This document shows positions 1 through 7,833 of a DNA stretch of 12,635 bases, in pieces. The position numbers and the translations under genes are program-made. The stretch's first letter is position 1, and each line of letters begins with the position of its first letter. Source of the stretch: Chlamydiota bacterium (lineage in GTDB: Bacteria > Chlamydiota > Chlamydiia > Chlamydiales > SM23-39); assembly GCA_039179045.1 (NCBI GenBank), contig JBCDEZ010000039.1, forward strand, positions 1-12,635, read 5' to 3'. The notes beneath the pieces were generated by a model. That model was not told where the DNA came from and searched no databases. It saw nothing but the letters and a program-made list of their open reading frames with translations.

Positions 1-12
1 AAATCCCACCTT

Positions 13-891
13 TTGTATAGTGAGAGAATCATTAGCTGGGGGTTTTCGTTGTTTTCAGAGAGTTTCGTGCTCAATAGCGCGTTCACAACGCTCATTTTCG
101 TTACTATTTTGAGCATTTTGCGCCTGATCATTACTAAGATGATCCGCACGGCCAATCGCCCTTGGACCTCAGAGATGCGCCTTCGCTCTATTGGATATGT
201 GCGTTCTATTTTCTTTGGTATTGTCCTTCTTGGACTAGTTTATATCTGGGGGGAACAGGTGCACAATTTTGCCGTTTCTCTATTCGCAATTGCTTTTGCT
301 TTGGTCTTTTCTGTTAAAGAGCTCTGTAGTTGCGTGAACGGCTCTTTGATGCGCTTTCGGGGCAACATCTACAATTTAGGAGATCGGATAGAAATCGGGA
401 AAATCCGAGGAGATGTGATTGACATGAATATCTTTTCCACGAAAATTCTCGAGGTGGGACATGATGCAAAAAGCCACCACCATACGGGAAGAACTGTGGT
501 ATTTCCCAACAGCATGATCACCCAAGAAATTGTGGTCAACGAGTCGTTCATCGACCATTTCTACTTCCATAATATCAAAATTCCTTTAGCAATCGGAGAT
601 GATTGGCAAAGAGCCCATGATGTTCTTCTTGCCATTGCAAAAGAAGAATGCACTCCGTATTTGGAGCTTGCAAGGAAACGGATGTTGGAGACAGCCAAGC
701 AAAAAAGCATTGTTCTGCCTTCCGTAGAGCCGAGAATCATTGTGCAAATGCCCGATATCAACAAAGTGCATTTGATCCTACGGTTTCCAGGCCCTGTCCA
801 TCTGAAAGGGAGGCTAGAGCAAACAATTTTGAAAAAATTCTTAGATACCTTCTTCGAAAAAGAGGCTCTGGGCCGGCAAGAGTTGCCCTAA
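13..891 (+). CDS. Small-conductance mechanosensitive channel (MscS family) protein
   Basis: Three N-terminal hydrophobic segments followed by the MscS beta-domain signature 'YNLGDRIEIGKIRGDVIDMNIFSTKILE' and 'TGRTVVFPNSMI...VVN'. Start is uncertain: in-frame alternatives are TTG 49 (after GGGG) and GTG 67. Stop TAA overlaps the htpG stop (888-891). Confidence 0.88.
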   Translation: MYSERIISWGFSLFSESFVLNSAFTTLIFVTILSILRLIITKMIRTANRPWTSEMRLRSIGYVRSIFFGIVLLGLVYIWGEQVHNFAVSLFAIAFALVFSVKELCSCVNGSLMRFRGNIYNLGDRIEIGKIRGDVIDMNIFSTKILEVGHDAKSHHHTGRTVVFPNSMITQEIVVNESFIDHFYFHNIKIPLAIGDDWQRAHDVLLAIAKEECTPYLELARKRMLETAKQKSIVLPSVEPRIIVQMPDINKVHLILRFPGPVHLKGRLEQTILKKFLDTFFEKEALGRQELP

Positions 892-2684
892 GGGATCTGC
901 TGCATCATGTCCTCGAGCATCTCTTGGCTTTTGGCGATGTGAGCTCCCCAGTCTTTTCGCGTGAGCTCCTTGTGTGACAATCGCGTGAGATCGTACAGGT
1001 AAGAGATCATTTTCTTGGCAAGTTTTGGTTGCGTCTTTTTCAGAGCAAATGCTTTGGTAATGATCGGATGGTTTGTATTCACCACGAAGGTATTTTTTTG
1101 GGGGAGTTGGGGCAAAGAGTCTCCTTTGCCATGTGTCATCAAAAACTCTTTGAGTCTGCGGTTTTCCTCATCGATTACAAAAAGAGCAGGCACTTTCTCG
1201 CTAGCGAGGCTTTTTGCCTCTACGCGAAGATCTTTCTCATCTAGAGAAGAGGCGATGAAGTCAGCAATGAGAGCAGCTCCCGACCTTCCCGAATCATCGA
1301 GTAGCGTCTTTTCTCGAGATGCATCCAAAAAGGCCTCTTCCAAGGCGGCATCGGTTCTACGAAATGTGAGACCCAAGGTCTCCTCCAATCGTTGCATAAG
1401 GGGGTTGTCGATCACAGGATGGATCAAGAGTACATCGATCCCTTTTTCCTTATAAAGAGAGGAGATTCCGAGATCTTGCGCATCTTTTGTTGTATAGTAG
1501 ACGGTCTTCTTGCCCTGGGAGCGGATCTCTTCTAAAGAGACCCAAGTGCCGTCAAGCGTTTGCCACAAGAGGAAGTTTTTTGCCTTATCATAGAGGCTCG
1601 TCTCTTGCAAGATGCCGAGCTTGATCACCATTTCGATTTCGGGCCAGATCTCGAGAAATTTCTCTTTTTCCTTAGCATGCATGGTCTGGAGCTTTTGCGT
1701 GATTTTTTTCGCAATGTGCTGGCCTAAGCTACGGACGGTTTTGTCCATCTGCAGGTAGGAACGCGATACGTTGAGAGGGATATCGGGACTATCCATTGCG
1801 CCTTTTAAGACCATGAGGTAATCGGGCAACAGGTCCTTGCAGCTATCTGCTACAAAAACGCGGTTGCAATAGAGGTGCAGCTGATTGGACTGGAAGTCAA
1901 AGCCTTTGTGCATCTTCGGGAAGTAGAACACGCCTCGTACATGGAAGGGGAAGTCAATCTGTACATGGATCCAGAAAAGGGGATCGGGATCTTGCGGATA
2001 GAGCTCGCGGTAAAATGCGAGATAATCTTTTTCGGAGCATTCGCCCGCCGGGCGCAAAAACAGGGGAGTGGTGTGAGAAAGCAGCTTATCCTCTAGGTAG
2101 ATCGGGTAGGAGAGGTAAGAGCAGTGCTTTTTCAAGAGATCGGCTAGCGTTTTTTCCTCCAAATACTCGCAAGAGGCCTCTTCGAGAAATAGCGTGACCG
2201 AGGTGCCTATAGAGCTCCTTTTCCCCTCTGCAATCTCATAGGTAGAAGAGCCCTCAGAGCTCCAAAAAACGGGGGAAGAGCCCTCTTTGTAAGAGAGAGT
2301 GTCAATCTCTACCCTACTTGCTACCATGAATGCGGAGAAAAAACCGAGGCCAAAATGGCCGATGATCTGAGAGTCTGTCTCCTCTTTTGCATACTGCTCA
2401 GCAAACTCTTTTGCCCCAGAAAAAGCGACCTGCGCGATGTATTTTTCTACCTCTTCTAAGTCCATGCCAAGGCCCGTATCTGCGATAGTGATCGTCTTGT
2501 TTTCCCGATCAATGCTGATGTCGATGCGCCCAGGCTCTTTTCCCTGATCCAAAGCACTTCTTTTGAACAGTGCGTCAGAGGCGTTCGATACGAGTTCGCG
2601 GAGGAAAATCTCTTTTTCTGAGTAAAGCCATTTTTTGATGATTGGAAGAATGTTTTCGCTGTGAACTTTCAGTGTGCCTTGCAT
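888..2684 (-). CDS. htpG: Molecular chaperone HtpG (Hsp90)
   Basis: GHKL ATPase motifs 'LYSEKEIFLRELVSNASDA', 'IADTGLGM', 'IIGHFGLGFFSAF' and middle-domain 'DSPDIPLNVSRSYLQ'. Start placed at ATG 2684 (MQGTLKVHSENILPIIKKWLY), preceded by the RBS-like GAAGGGGA, rather than the ORF-track start 2747. 598 aa. Confidence 0.96.
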   Translation of the reverse strand: MQGTLKVHSENILPIIKKWLYSEKEIFLRELVSNASDALFKRSALDQGKEPGRIDISIDRENKTITIADTGLGMDLEEVEKYIAQVAFSGAKEFAEQYAKEETDSQIIGHFGLGFFSAFMVASRVEIDTLSYKEGSSPVFWSSEGSSTYEIAEGKRSSIGTSVTLFLEEASCEYLEEKTLADLLKKHCSYLSYPIYLEDKLLSHTTPLFLRPAGECSEKDYLAFYRELYPQDPDPLFWIHVQIDFPFHVRGVFYFPKMHKGFDFQSNQLHLYCNRVFVADSCKDLLPDYLMVLKGAMDSPDIPLNVSRSYLQMDKTVRSLGQHIAKKITQKLQTMHAKEKEKFLEIWPEIEMVIKLGILQETSLYDKAKNFLLWQTLDGTWVSLEEIRSQGKKTVYYTTKDAQDLGISSLYKEKGIDVLLIHPVIDNPLMQRLEETLGLTFRRTDAALEEAFLDASREKTLLDDSGRSGAALIADFIASSLDEKDLRVEAKSLASEKVPALFVIDEENRRLKEFLMTHGKGDSLPQLPQKNTFVVNTNHPIITKAFALKKTQPKLAKKMISYLYDLTRLSHKELTRKDWGAHIAKSQEMLEDMMQQIP

Positions 2685-2939
2685 GTGTACTTTATCCCCT
2701 TCAAAGTAAACGTTCTCTAAAAGAGCAAATATACCCGAATTCTGCAATAAAGAAAAGGGGCCTTAAATATTCTTCGCGCAGTACATGGCAAGAAAAGTCT
2801 AAAACGGACTCAAAACTATTTTTATATGAACGGAAACAACCTAGAAGAAGTTTTTTGCAAGGAAATGTAAATGCGATCCCCCTGTGGGGGGCGGAATATG
2901 AGGTATACAAAAATAGGGGAATTGTAATAAAATATTTGC

Positions 2940-3648
2940 GTGTTTGATTCGTGCCTATGTCTATATATCAAGTATAGTCCTATAAGAGATCCCTCTGAGG
3001 ATCCTTATAAGACATTCTACAAGGCAAAAAATCACCATATTGTTTGCGAAGTGCGGGGAGCCTCCCCTGAAGATTTCGATTGTTTGGTTGCACATAAAAT
3101 GGACCATGAAGTTCACTATGGGGGGCAGGGTCTTCTCCCGTCTAGAAACCTTTTTCTTTTCTCCCGATTTTGCCCTTTTCTCCCTCGTCCCGCTCATTAG
3201 GGAAGTCTGGTTCAGGTGGGAGCGGGAAGATCGCACTAATGGCTTATTTTTGCAGTGCAGCGTTATGACGGTTTTTTGCGCCCTTTTGGATCTTCCTTGC
3301 ATTCCCATTCGGATCGTGGCGACAGCTCTCCGAGTTCTCTACGGCAGCTTTACCCGGAAAGACCCGGGCTATTTTTCCCCCCTTTCTCACCCTGTCTACA
3401 AGATTTTGGCAAACAGGCTTGTTTCTCAAGATGAGGAACAAAGAAAGCGCCAGCTCGCTTTTTTGCAAAAAATTTTTCGAGAACGCGCTTATTGTGTATT
3501 TTTTTTTGGACGAAAATTGCTTGGCTTGCGACGGGCCTATTCTGCAGCTGCAGAGGCGCTCTTTTTTCCCGATGCCCTTTGGCGATCCCATGGTTTCCTA
3601 TCAGCATTGCCACAGGCAACGGAAAACCTGGATACCGAATTACCCTGA
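2940..3648 (+). pseudogene. Frameshifted hypothetical membrane-associated protein, tandem paralog copy 1
   Basis: The ORF 2940 frame (...DHEVHYGG) joins the ORF 3040 frame (GRVFSRLETFF...) if one G is removed from the G6 run at 3120-3125. It has a hydrophobic segment 'VMTVFCALLDLPCIPIRIVATALRVLY' followed by 'SHPVYKIL'. Five blocks align colinearly with copy 2 at 3769-4499. The 3' end is uncertain because of the T9 run at 3499-3507. Confidence 0.62.
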
Positions 3649-3768
3649 ACGCATCACTACGGATCTTGGGGAACGACATATTCTGTGCGATCTTAGGCAA
3701 GATGGAAAAAATAATTAGAAAAATTGTTCATTTCTGACAGAGTGTAATTCATTCAATTTGTTAGCTAG

Positions 3769-4499
3769 GTTTTATATCGTTTCCTTTGCTCATTCAACCC
3801 TCTCTCATCACATGCCGATTTTTGCGCCCTTAAGGGAGTCCTTATCATCTCAGCAGAGGATGAAGGCGCGTTTTTGCCCCTCTTGCAAAGTTCCGGAACG
3901 AAGAGGCTTTTCGGGAAAAAACAGTATTCTGCGATCGAGACCTGCTTTTGCCATCGATTTTCTAGAGATCCCGCTCCCCTCACTCGAGCCCGGTACTGTC
4001 TGTCAGGGATTGTTCTTGCAAGCAGAAGATTCCTGACCGCTCTACGGTTGCGCCTTGGTTAGGCGCTCAGTGCGTGCGTCTCTTTTATTTTTGCGGCATT
4101 CGGAACAGGTCCTCTTTCTGCTCTTGCTATGCGCTCTACTACTTTGCCCGCTTTGCTGTTTATTCTTGCTTGGGAAAGCGCTCTTCTTTGTATTATCCTG
4201 CCTACCATATCCTCAAAGATCACCTTCAGCGCAAGGAGGGAAAAAAAGAAAAAGATGCACTTTTAGAGAAAGTCTTTCAGCAGCACGAATGTTGGGTTGT
4301 GTCGCTTCAGTTAGAGCAACATCATTGCAGCATGTACTACACGTTACACCTTTTCATGTTTTTCGAAGTATCCAGGCCTTGTGCACTGCCACTTGTCCTC
4401 GTCTACTTGATGCTTAGGAGGTCGCGAGATCCTCTAAGATCTTTTCTTCTACAGCATTTTTCGTTGAGTAGTCGTCTCTTCAAACGACGGTTCCTCTGA
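3769..4499 (+). pseudogene. Frameshifted, decayed hypothetical protein, tandem paralog copy 2
   Basis: Frame 1 is open 3769-4062 (...LFGKKQYSAIETCF) and frame 3 is open 3966-4499 (SPVLSVRD...DRS...QC...FCGI...YPAYHIL...LEKVF). Both match consecutive parts of copy 1. There is no in-frame start codon at the expected 5' end. Confidence 0.6.
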
Positions 4500-4582
4500 A
4501 AGCGTTCTTCCGACCGTTTTCCTAAAGGCCGCGCTTTTCTCGGCAGAAAGTGCCTATTGCTCAACTGGATCCCAATCTTGGC

Positions 4583-5941
4583 TTAGCTAAGACTCCAGAT
4601 GCCGCAACCTTGTAGGATGATGAGAAGGATGCCTAAAGGAACCAGCCAGCGGATACAAAAGTACCAAGTAGAAAAAAGTATGCGGTAGCGTGTTCCCAAG
4701 AAAAACCCTCCTTTCACCATCTGCTTTTCTAAAACCCAACCGACGAATAGAGCCGAAAAAAGGCCTCCTATAGGCATGAGCCAGCTACTTGCCAGGTAAT
4801 CCATGGTTTCTAAAAAGTTGGTGCCATAGATCTCTTGCCAGTCAGGGAAGAGCCTACCAGATCCAGAAAGTGCTGAGGGGATGCCGAAAAGAAAAGCAGC
4901 CAATGCGCTCCAAAATACAGCCTTTTCCCGTTTCCAGGAAAATACTTCCATCAAGTTGGCAACAAGCACTTCCAGAAGTGAGATGGAAGAGGTGAGAGCA
5001 GCAAACAGAAACAGGGAGAAAAATGCGCTTGAGAGGAGCACAGTCCCGCGCATTTGTGCAAAAAGCACTGGTAGAGTTTCAAAGATGAGACCAGGTCCTG
5101 AAGCCGGAGGAAAGCCAAAGGAAAAAACCACAGAGAAGATCATGAGAGCTGCGAGAAGGGAAATCAGGCAAGAGATCCCCGCAATGAGCGCACCGGTGCC
5201 TGGAATATCGTCATTTGCGTGCATGTAGCTTCCATAAGTCAAAATAATACCCATGCCTACACTCAGGGTCCAAAAAGACATTCCTAAGGCATTCAAGATG
5301 CTACCCGGGCCTATTTCTCCGAATTTGGGAGCAAGCGTAAAAAAAACAGCCTCGCGAAAGTTCGGCAGGCTGGTAGAAAAAAGAAAGAGCGCAAAAAGAG
5401 CGCAAAAAAGCAGAGGCATGAATTTTCGGCTCCAATATTCGATCCCCTTTTGGATTCCTCCATAGACAACCCCCGCTGTGCAGGATAAGAAGACTGCCTG
5501 CCAAAAGATGCTGATACCAGAAGAGCGGTAGACAAGGTCCCAAATTGCCCGAATCTCCTCAGGAGCTTTCCCGAGGCTAAACTGGTTAAAAGACATCAGA
5601 GTATAGTTGCACGCCCATCCTGCTACAACGCTGTAATAAGAGAGTACAATAAAAGCTGTTAGCACGTGTAGCCAGCCTAAGATGCGCCAATTTTGTCCGT
5701 GAACTAAAGATGCGTATCCTTCGACAGCGCTTTTCTCCGAGCTTCTGCCTATGATGGCCTCTGCGGTAAAAAGGGGAATGCCGATGAAAAGTGTGAAAAA
5801 CAGGTAGAGCAATACGAAAGCTCCGCCTCCATTTGTCCCGATGATGTAGGGGAAGCGCCACAGACTTCCTAGTCCGACCGCAGAGCCTGCTGTGGCCATC
5901 ACTAGACCAAGTTTTGATCCCCAGTGTTCTCGTGAGCTCAT
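4583..5941 (-). CDS. Sodium-dependent transporter, NSS/SNF (LeuT/MhsT-like) family, probably an amino acid symporter
   Basis: Family signature 'REHWGSKLGLVMATAGSAVGLGSLWRFPY...NGGGAF', plus 'FWTLSVGMG', 'GPGLIFETLP' and 'AALTSSISLLE', with many TM segments. Start placed at ATG 5941, preceded by GGAAGGA. 452 aa. Confidence 0.93.
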   Translation of the reverse strand: MSSREHWGSKLGLVMATAGSAVGLGSLWRFPYIIGTNGGGAFVLLYLFFTLFIGIPLFTAEAIIGRSSEKSAVEGYASLVHGQNWRILGWLHVLTAFIVLSYYSVVAGWACNYTLMSFNQFSLGKAPEEIRAIWDLVYRSSGISIFWQAVFLSCTAGVVYGGIQKGIEYWSRKFMPLLFCALFALFLFSTSLPNFREAVFFTLAPKFGEIGPGSILNALGMSFWTLSVGMGIILTYGSYMHANDDIPGTGALIAGISCLISLLAALMIFSVVFSFGFPPASGPGLIFETLPVLFAQMRGTVLLSSAFFSLFLFAALTSSISLLEVLVANLMEVFSWKREKAVFWSALAAFLFGIPSALSGSGRLFPDWQEIYGTNFLETMDYLASSWLMPIGGLFSALFVGWVLEKQMVKGGFFLGTRYRILFSTWYFCIRWLVPLGILLIILQGCGIWSLS

Positions 5942-6028
5942 ATTCGTCCTTCCGTTAATGCTTGCTATTGGGGCGAAAGATCCATTCGGGAAAATGGCAA
6001 TCAGTTGTTCCGCCACATCAAACGAAAG

Positions 6029-6058
6029 ATCTTAGCAGAGCCTCTTTGTAAAGAACAA
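6029..6058 (-). promoter_or_regulatory. Putative sigma70/sigma66 promoter for the transporter
   Basis: Minus strand reads TTGTTC-18 nt-TAAGAT with an extended -10 TGn (TGC TAAGAT), about 90 nt upstream of ATG 5941. Pattern match only. Confidence 0.3.
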
Positions 6059-6153
6059 GCGCTCCTGAGAAAAAGAAGATGAGGAATAGAGCTCAGGGTT
6101 CCGGTTGGATAAAGTTTAGGAGATAAGAGGAGCGCTTTGCCTTTTTTACAAAG
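6044..6153. repeat. Bipartite imperfect inverted repeat in the transporter/nadE divergent intergenic region
   Basis: Left arm 6044-6066 is CTTTGTAAA-gaac-AAGCGCTCCT and right arm 6128-6153 is AGGAGCGCTT-tgccttt-TTTACAAAG. This gives perfect 9-bp and 10-bp complementary segments around a 61-nt spacer. Confidence 0.75.
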
Positions 6154-6204
6154 CCTGGGGAGATTTTTCTCCATGAAATCAGTGTATTTTGTATCCTGAA
6201 GATT

Positions 6205-7833
6205 GTGCGCTACTTACTTGCTCAGATCAATCCAACTGTAGGAGATCTTGCCCGCAATACGGCACAGATCCTAAATTCCTTGGAAAGGGCGAAGCGGCAG
6301 GGGTGTGACCTTGTCGTCTTTCCCGAGATGGCTCTTACAGGATATCCCCCTGAGGACCTGTTGTTGTTACAAGACTTCCAAGCTGAAGTGGATAGATGCT
6401 ATGGGAAAATCCTGGAGGCCTGCTCGGGAATCGCTGCTATTTTAGGAACCATACGTCGCAATCCTTCTCCCCACGGGAAGCCGCTTTGTAACAGCGCCCT
6501 GGTTATTGCAGACCAAAAAGTCGTAGGATACTACGATAAGCAGCTTTTGCCCGCTTACGATGTGTTTGACGAAGTACGCTACTTCGCTCCAGGAAGTGTT
6601 CCTTTTTCATTTACCTATAAAAATCGCAAGATAGGCATTGTGATCTGCGAGGATTTGTGGGAGGAAAATGCTCCACAACCTTATGGAACAGATCCGCTCT
6701 TGGCTTTGCAAGGCGCCAGCCTCGACTGTCTTGTCCAAATTGCAGCCTCTCCCTACCATTTGGAGCAGCCCTCGCTGAGAAAAGAGGTGCTTTCTCGAGC
6801 GAGTAGAGCTCTTAAGTCCCCTCTCCTTGCTTGCAACCAAGTGGGAGCAAACGATGCGCTCATTTTCGACGGGAGGTCGTGTCATTTCTCTTCAAAAGGA
6901 GAGCTCATTGCAGAGGCAGGGGCCTTTGTAGAAGAAGACCTGGTAGGCGATCTCGAAGCGGCGCGCCCCAAAGCGCTTTTCTCTAGAACTTGGGAGCGCG
7001 ATGTGATCGAGGCTCTTGCATTGGGCATCTCCGACTACTTTGTGAAGCAAGGGTGGAAAAAGGCTCTAGTAGGGCTCTCTGGTGGAATCGACTCTGCCTT
7101 GGTGCTCTATCTCGCCGTCAAGGCACTCGGGTCTAAGCAGGTGCAAGCCCTTTTTCTCCCCTCCCGATTTACCCGAGATGGGAGCAAAAAAGATTCTCTT
7201 GCTCTTGCTCGCAATTTAGAAGTAGCTTGTCAAACAATCGATATTGAGCCTCTTTTTTGTATCTCTTTAAAAACTTTGTATCCCCATATTCCGGAGGCTC
7301 CTTTTGGTGTGATGGAAGAAAACTTGCAGTCGAGAATACGGAGCATGTTGCTCATGGCCTATTCGAACAAAACAGGCCACCTCCTTCTCAATACAGGCAA
7401 TAAAAGCGAACTTGCCATGGGGTACACCACCCTCTATGGCGATCTTTGTGGGGCGATTGGAGTAATCGGGGATGTGAAGAAAACGGATATCTATGCCCTT
7501 TGTGCGTGGATTGATCAGGAAGAGGGAGGTGTTTTCCCCGCCACGATTTTGTCCAAAGAGCCCTCAGCAGAATTGAGAGAGGGGCAAAAAGATCGCGATA
7601 CCTTGCCTCCCTACCCGCTTCTCGACGCGGTCATTACAAGATACATTGAAGAGGGGCTCTCCCCTCGAGAGATTGCGGAGAAAGAGAGGATCGATCTTGC
7701 AACGGTCACAAGACTTGTCGCCCAAATCCACCGCGCAGAATACAAGCGAAGGCAGGCTCCTTTTGCTCTTCGCGTGAGCAAAAAGGCTTTTCATCGAGGA
7801 AGGGTTTGTCCTATTGTGCAAGGCTTTGTGTGA
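6205..7833 (+). CDS. nadE: Glutamine-dependent NAD+ synthetase
   Basis: N-terminal nitrilase-type glutaminase domain with the E-K-C triad ('VVFPEM', 'YDKQLLP', 'VICEDLW'). C-terminal synthetase domain has 'GLSGGIDS', 'ENLQSRIR', 'TGNKSELAMGYTTLYGD', 'PSAELR' and 'EYKRRQAP'. GTG start. Confidence 0.96.
   Translation: MRYLLAQINPTVGDLARNTAQILNSLERAKRQGCDLVVFPEMALTGYPPEDLLLLQDFQAEVDRCYGKILEACSGIAAILGTIRRNPSPHGKPLCNSALVIADQKVVGYYDKQLLPAYDVFDEVRYFAPGSVPFSFTYKNRKIGIVICEDLWEENAPQPYGTDPLLALQGASLDCLVQIAASPYHLEQPSLRKEVLSRASRALKSPLLACNQVGANDALIFDGRSCHFSSKGELIAEAGAFVEEDLVGDLEAARPKALFSRTWERDVIEALALGISDYFVKQGWKKALVGLSGGIDSALVLYLAVKALGSKQVQALFLPSRFTRDGSKKDSLALARNLEVACQTIDIEPLFCISLKTLYPHIPEAPFGVMEENLQSRIRSMLLMAYSNKTGHLLLNTGNKSELAMGYTTLYGDLCGAIGVIGDVKKTDIYALCAWIDQEEGGVFPATILSKEPSAELREGQKDRDTLPPYPLLDAVITRYIEEGLSPREIAEKERIDLATVTRLVAQIHRAEYKRRQAPFALRVSKKAFHRGRVCPIVQGFV

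Noticed and set aside
2685..2747. N-terminal extension of HtpG in the ORF track (likewise 5942-6016 for the transporter and 9213-9266 for EF-P)
   Set aside because: Family similarity begins at downstream ATGs that have good RBS-like sequences, so the extensions are artefacts of longest-ORF calling.
2685..2940. CIRCE/HrcA operator upstream of htpG
   Set aside because: No TTAGCACTC-N9-GAGTGCTAA-like inverted repeat is visible. The CCCCC-TGT-GGGGG at about 2878-2890 is too short to interpret.
3950..4036. Shared 'GLFLQ' pentapeptide between ORF 3758 (frame 2) and paralog copy 1
   Set aside because: Frame 3 gives a longer colinear match over the same region (R-D, DRS, QC, FC) and frame 2 hits a stop at 4034, so this is probably coincidental.
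4529..4553. Possible terminator hairpin downstream of the transporter
   Set aside because: Imperfect stem and no convincing U-tract on either strand.
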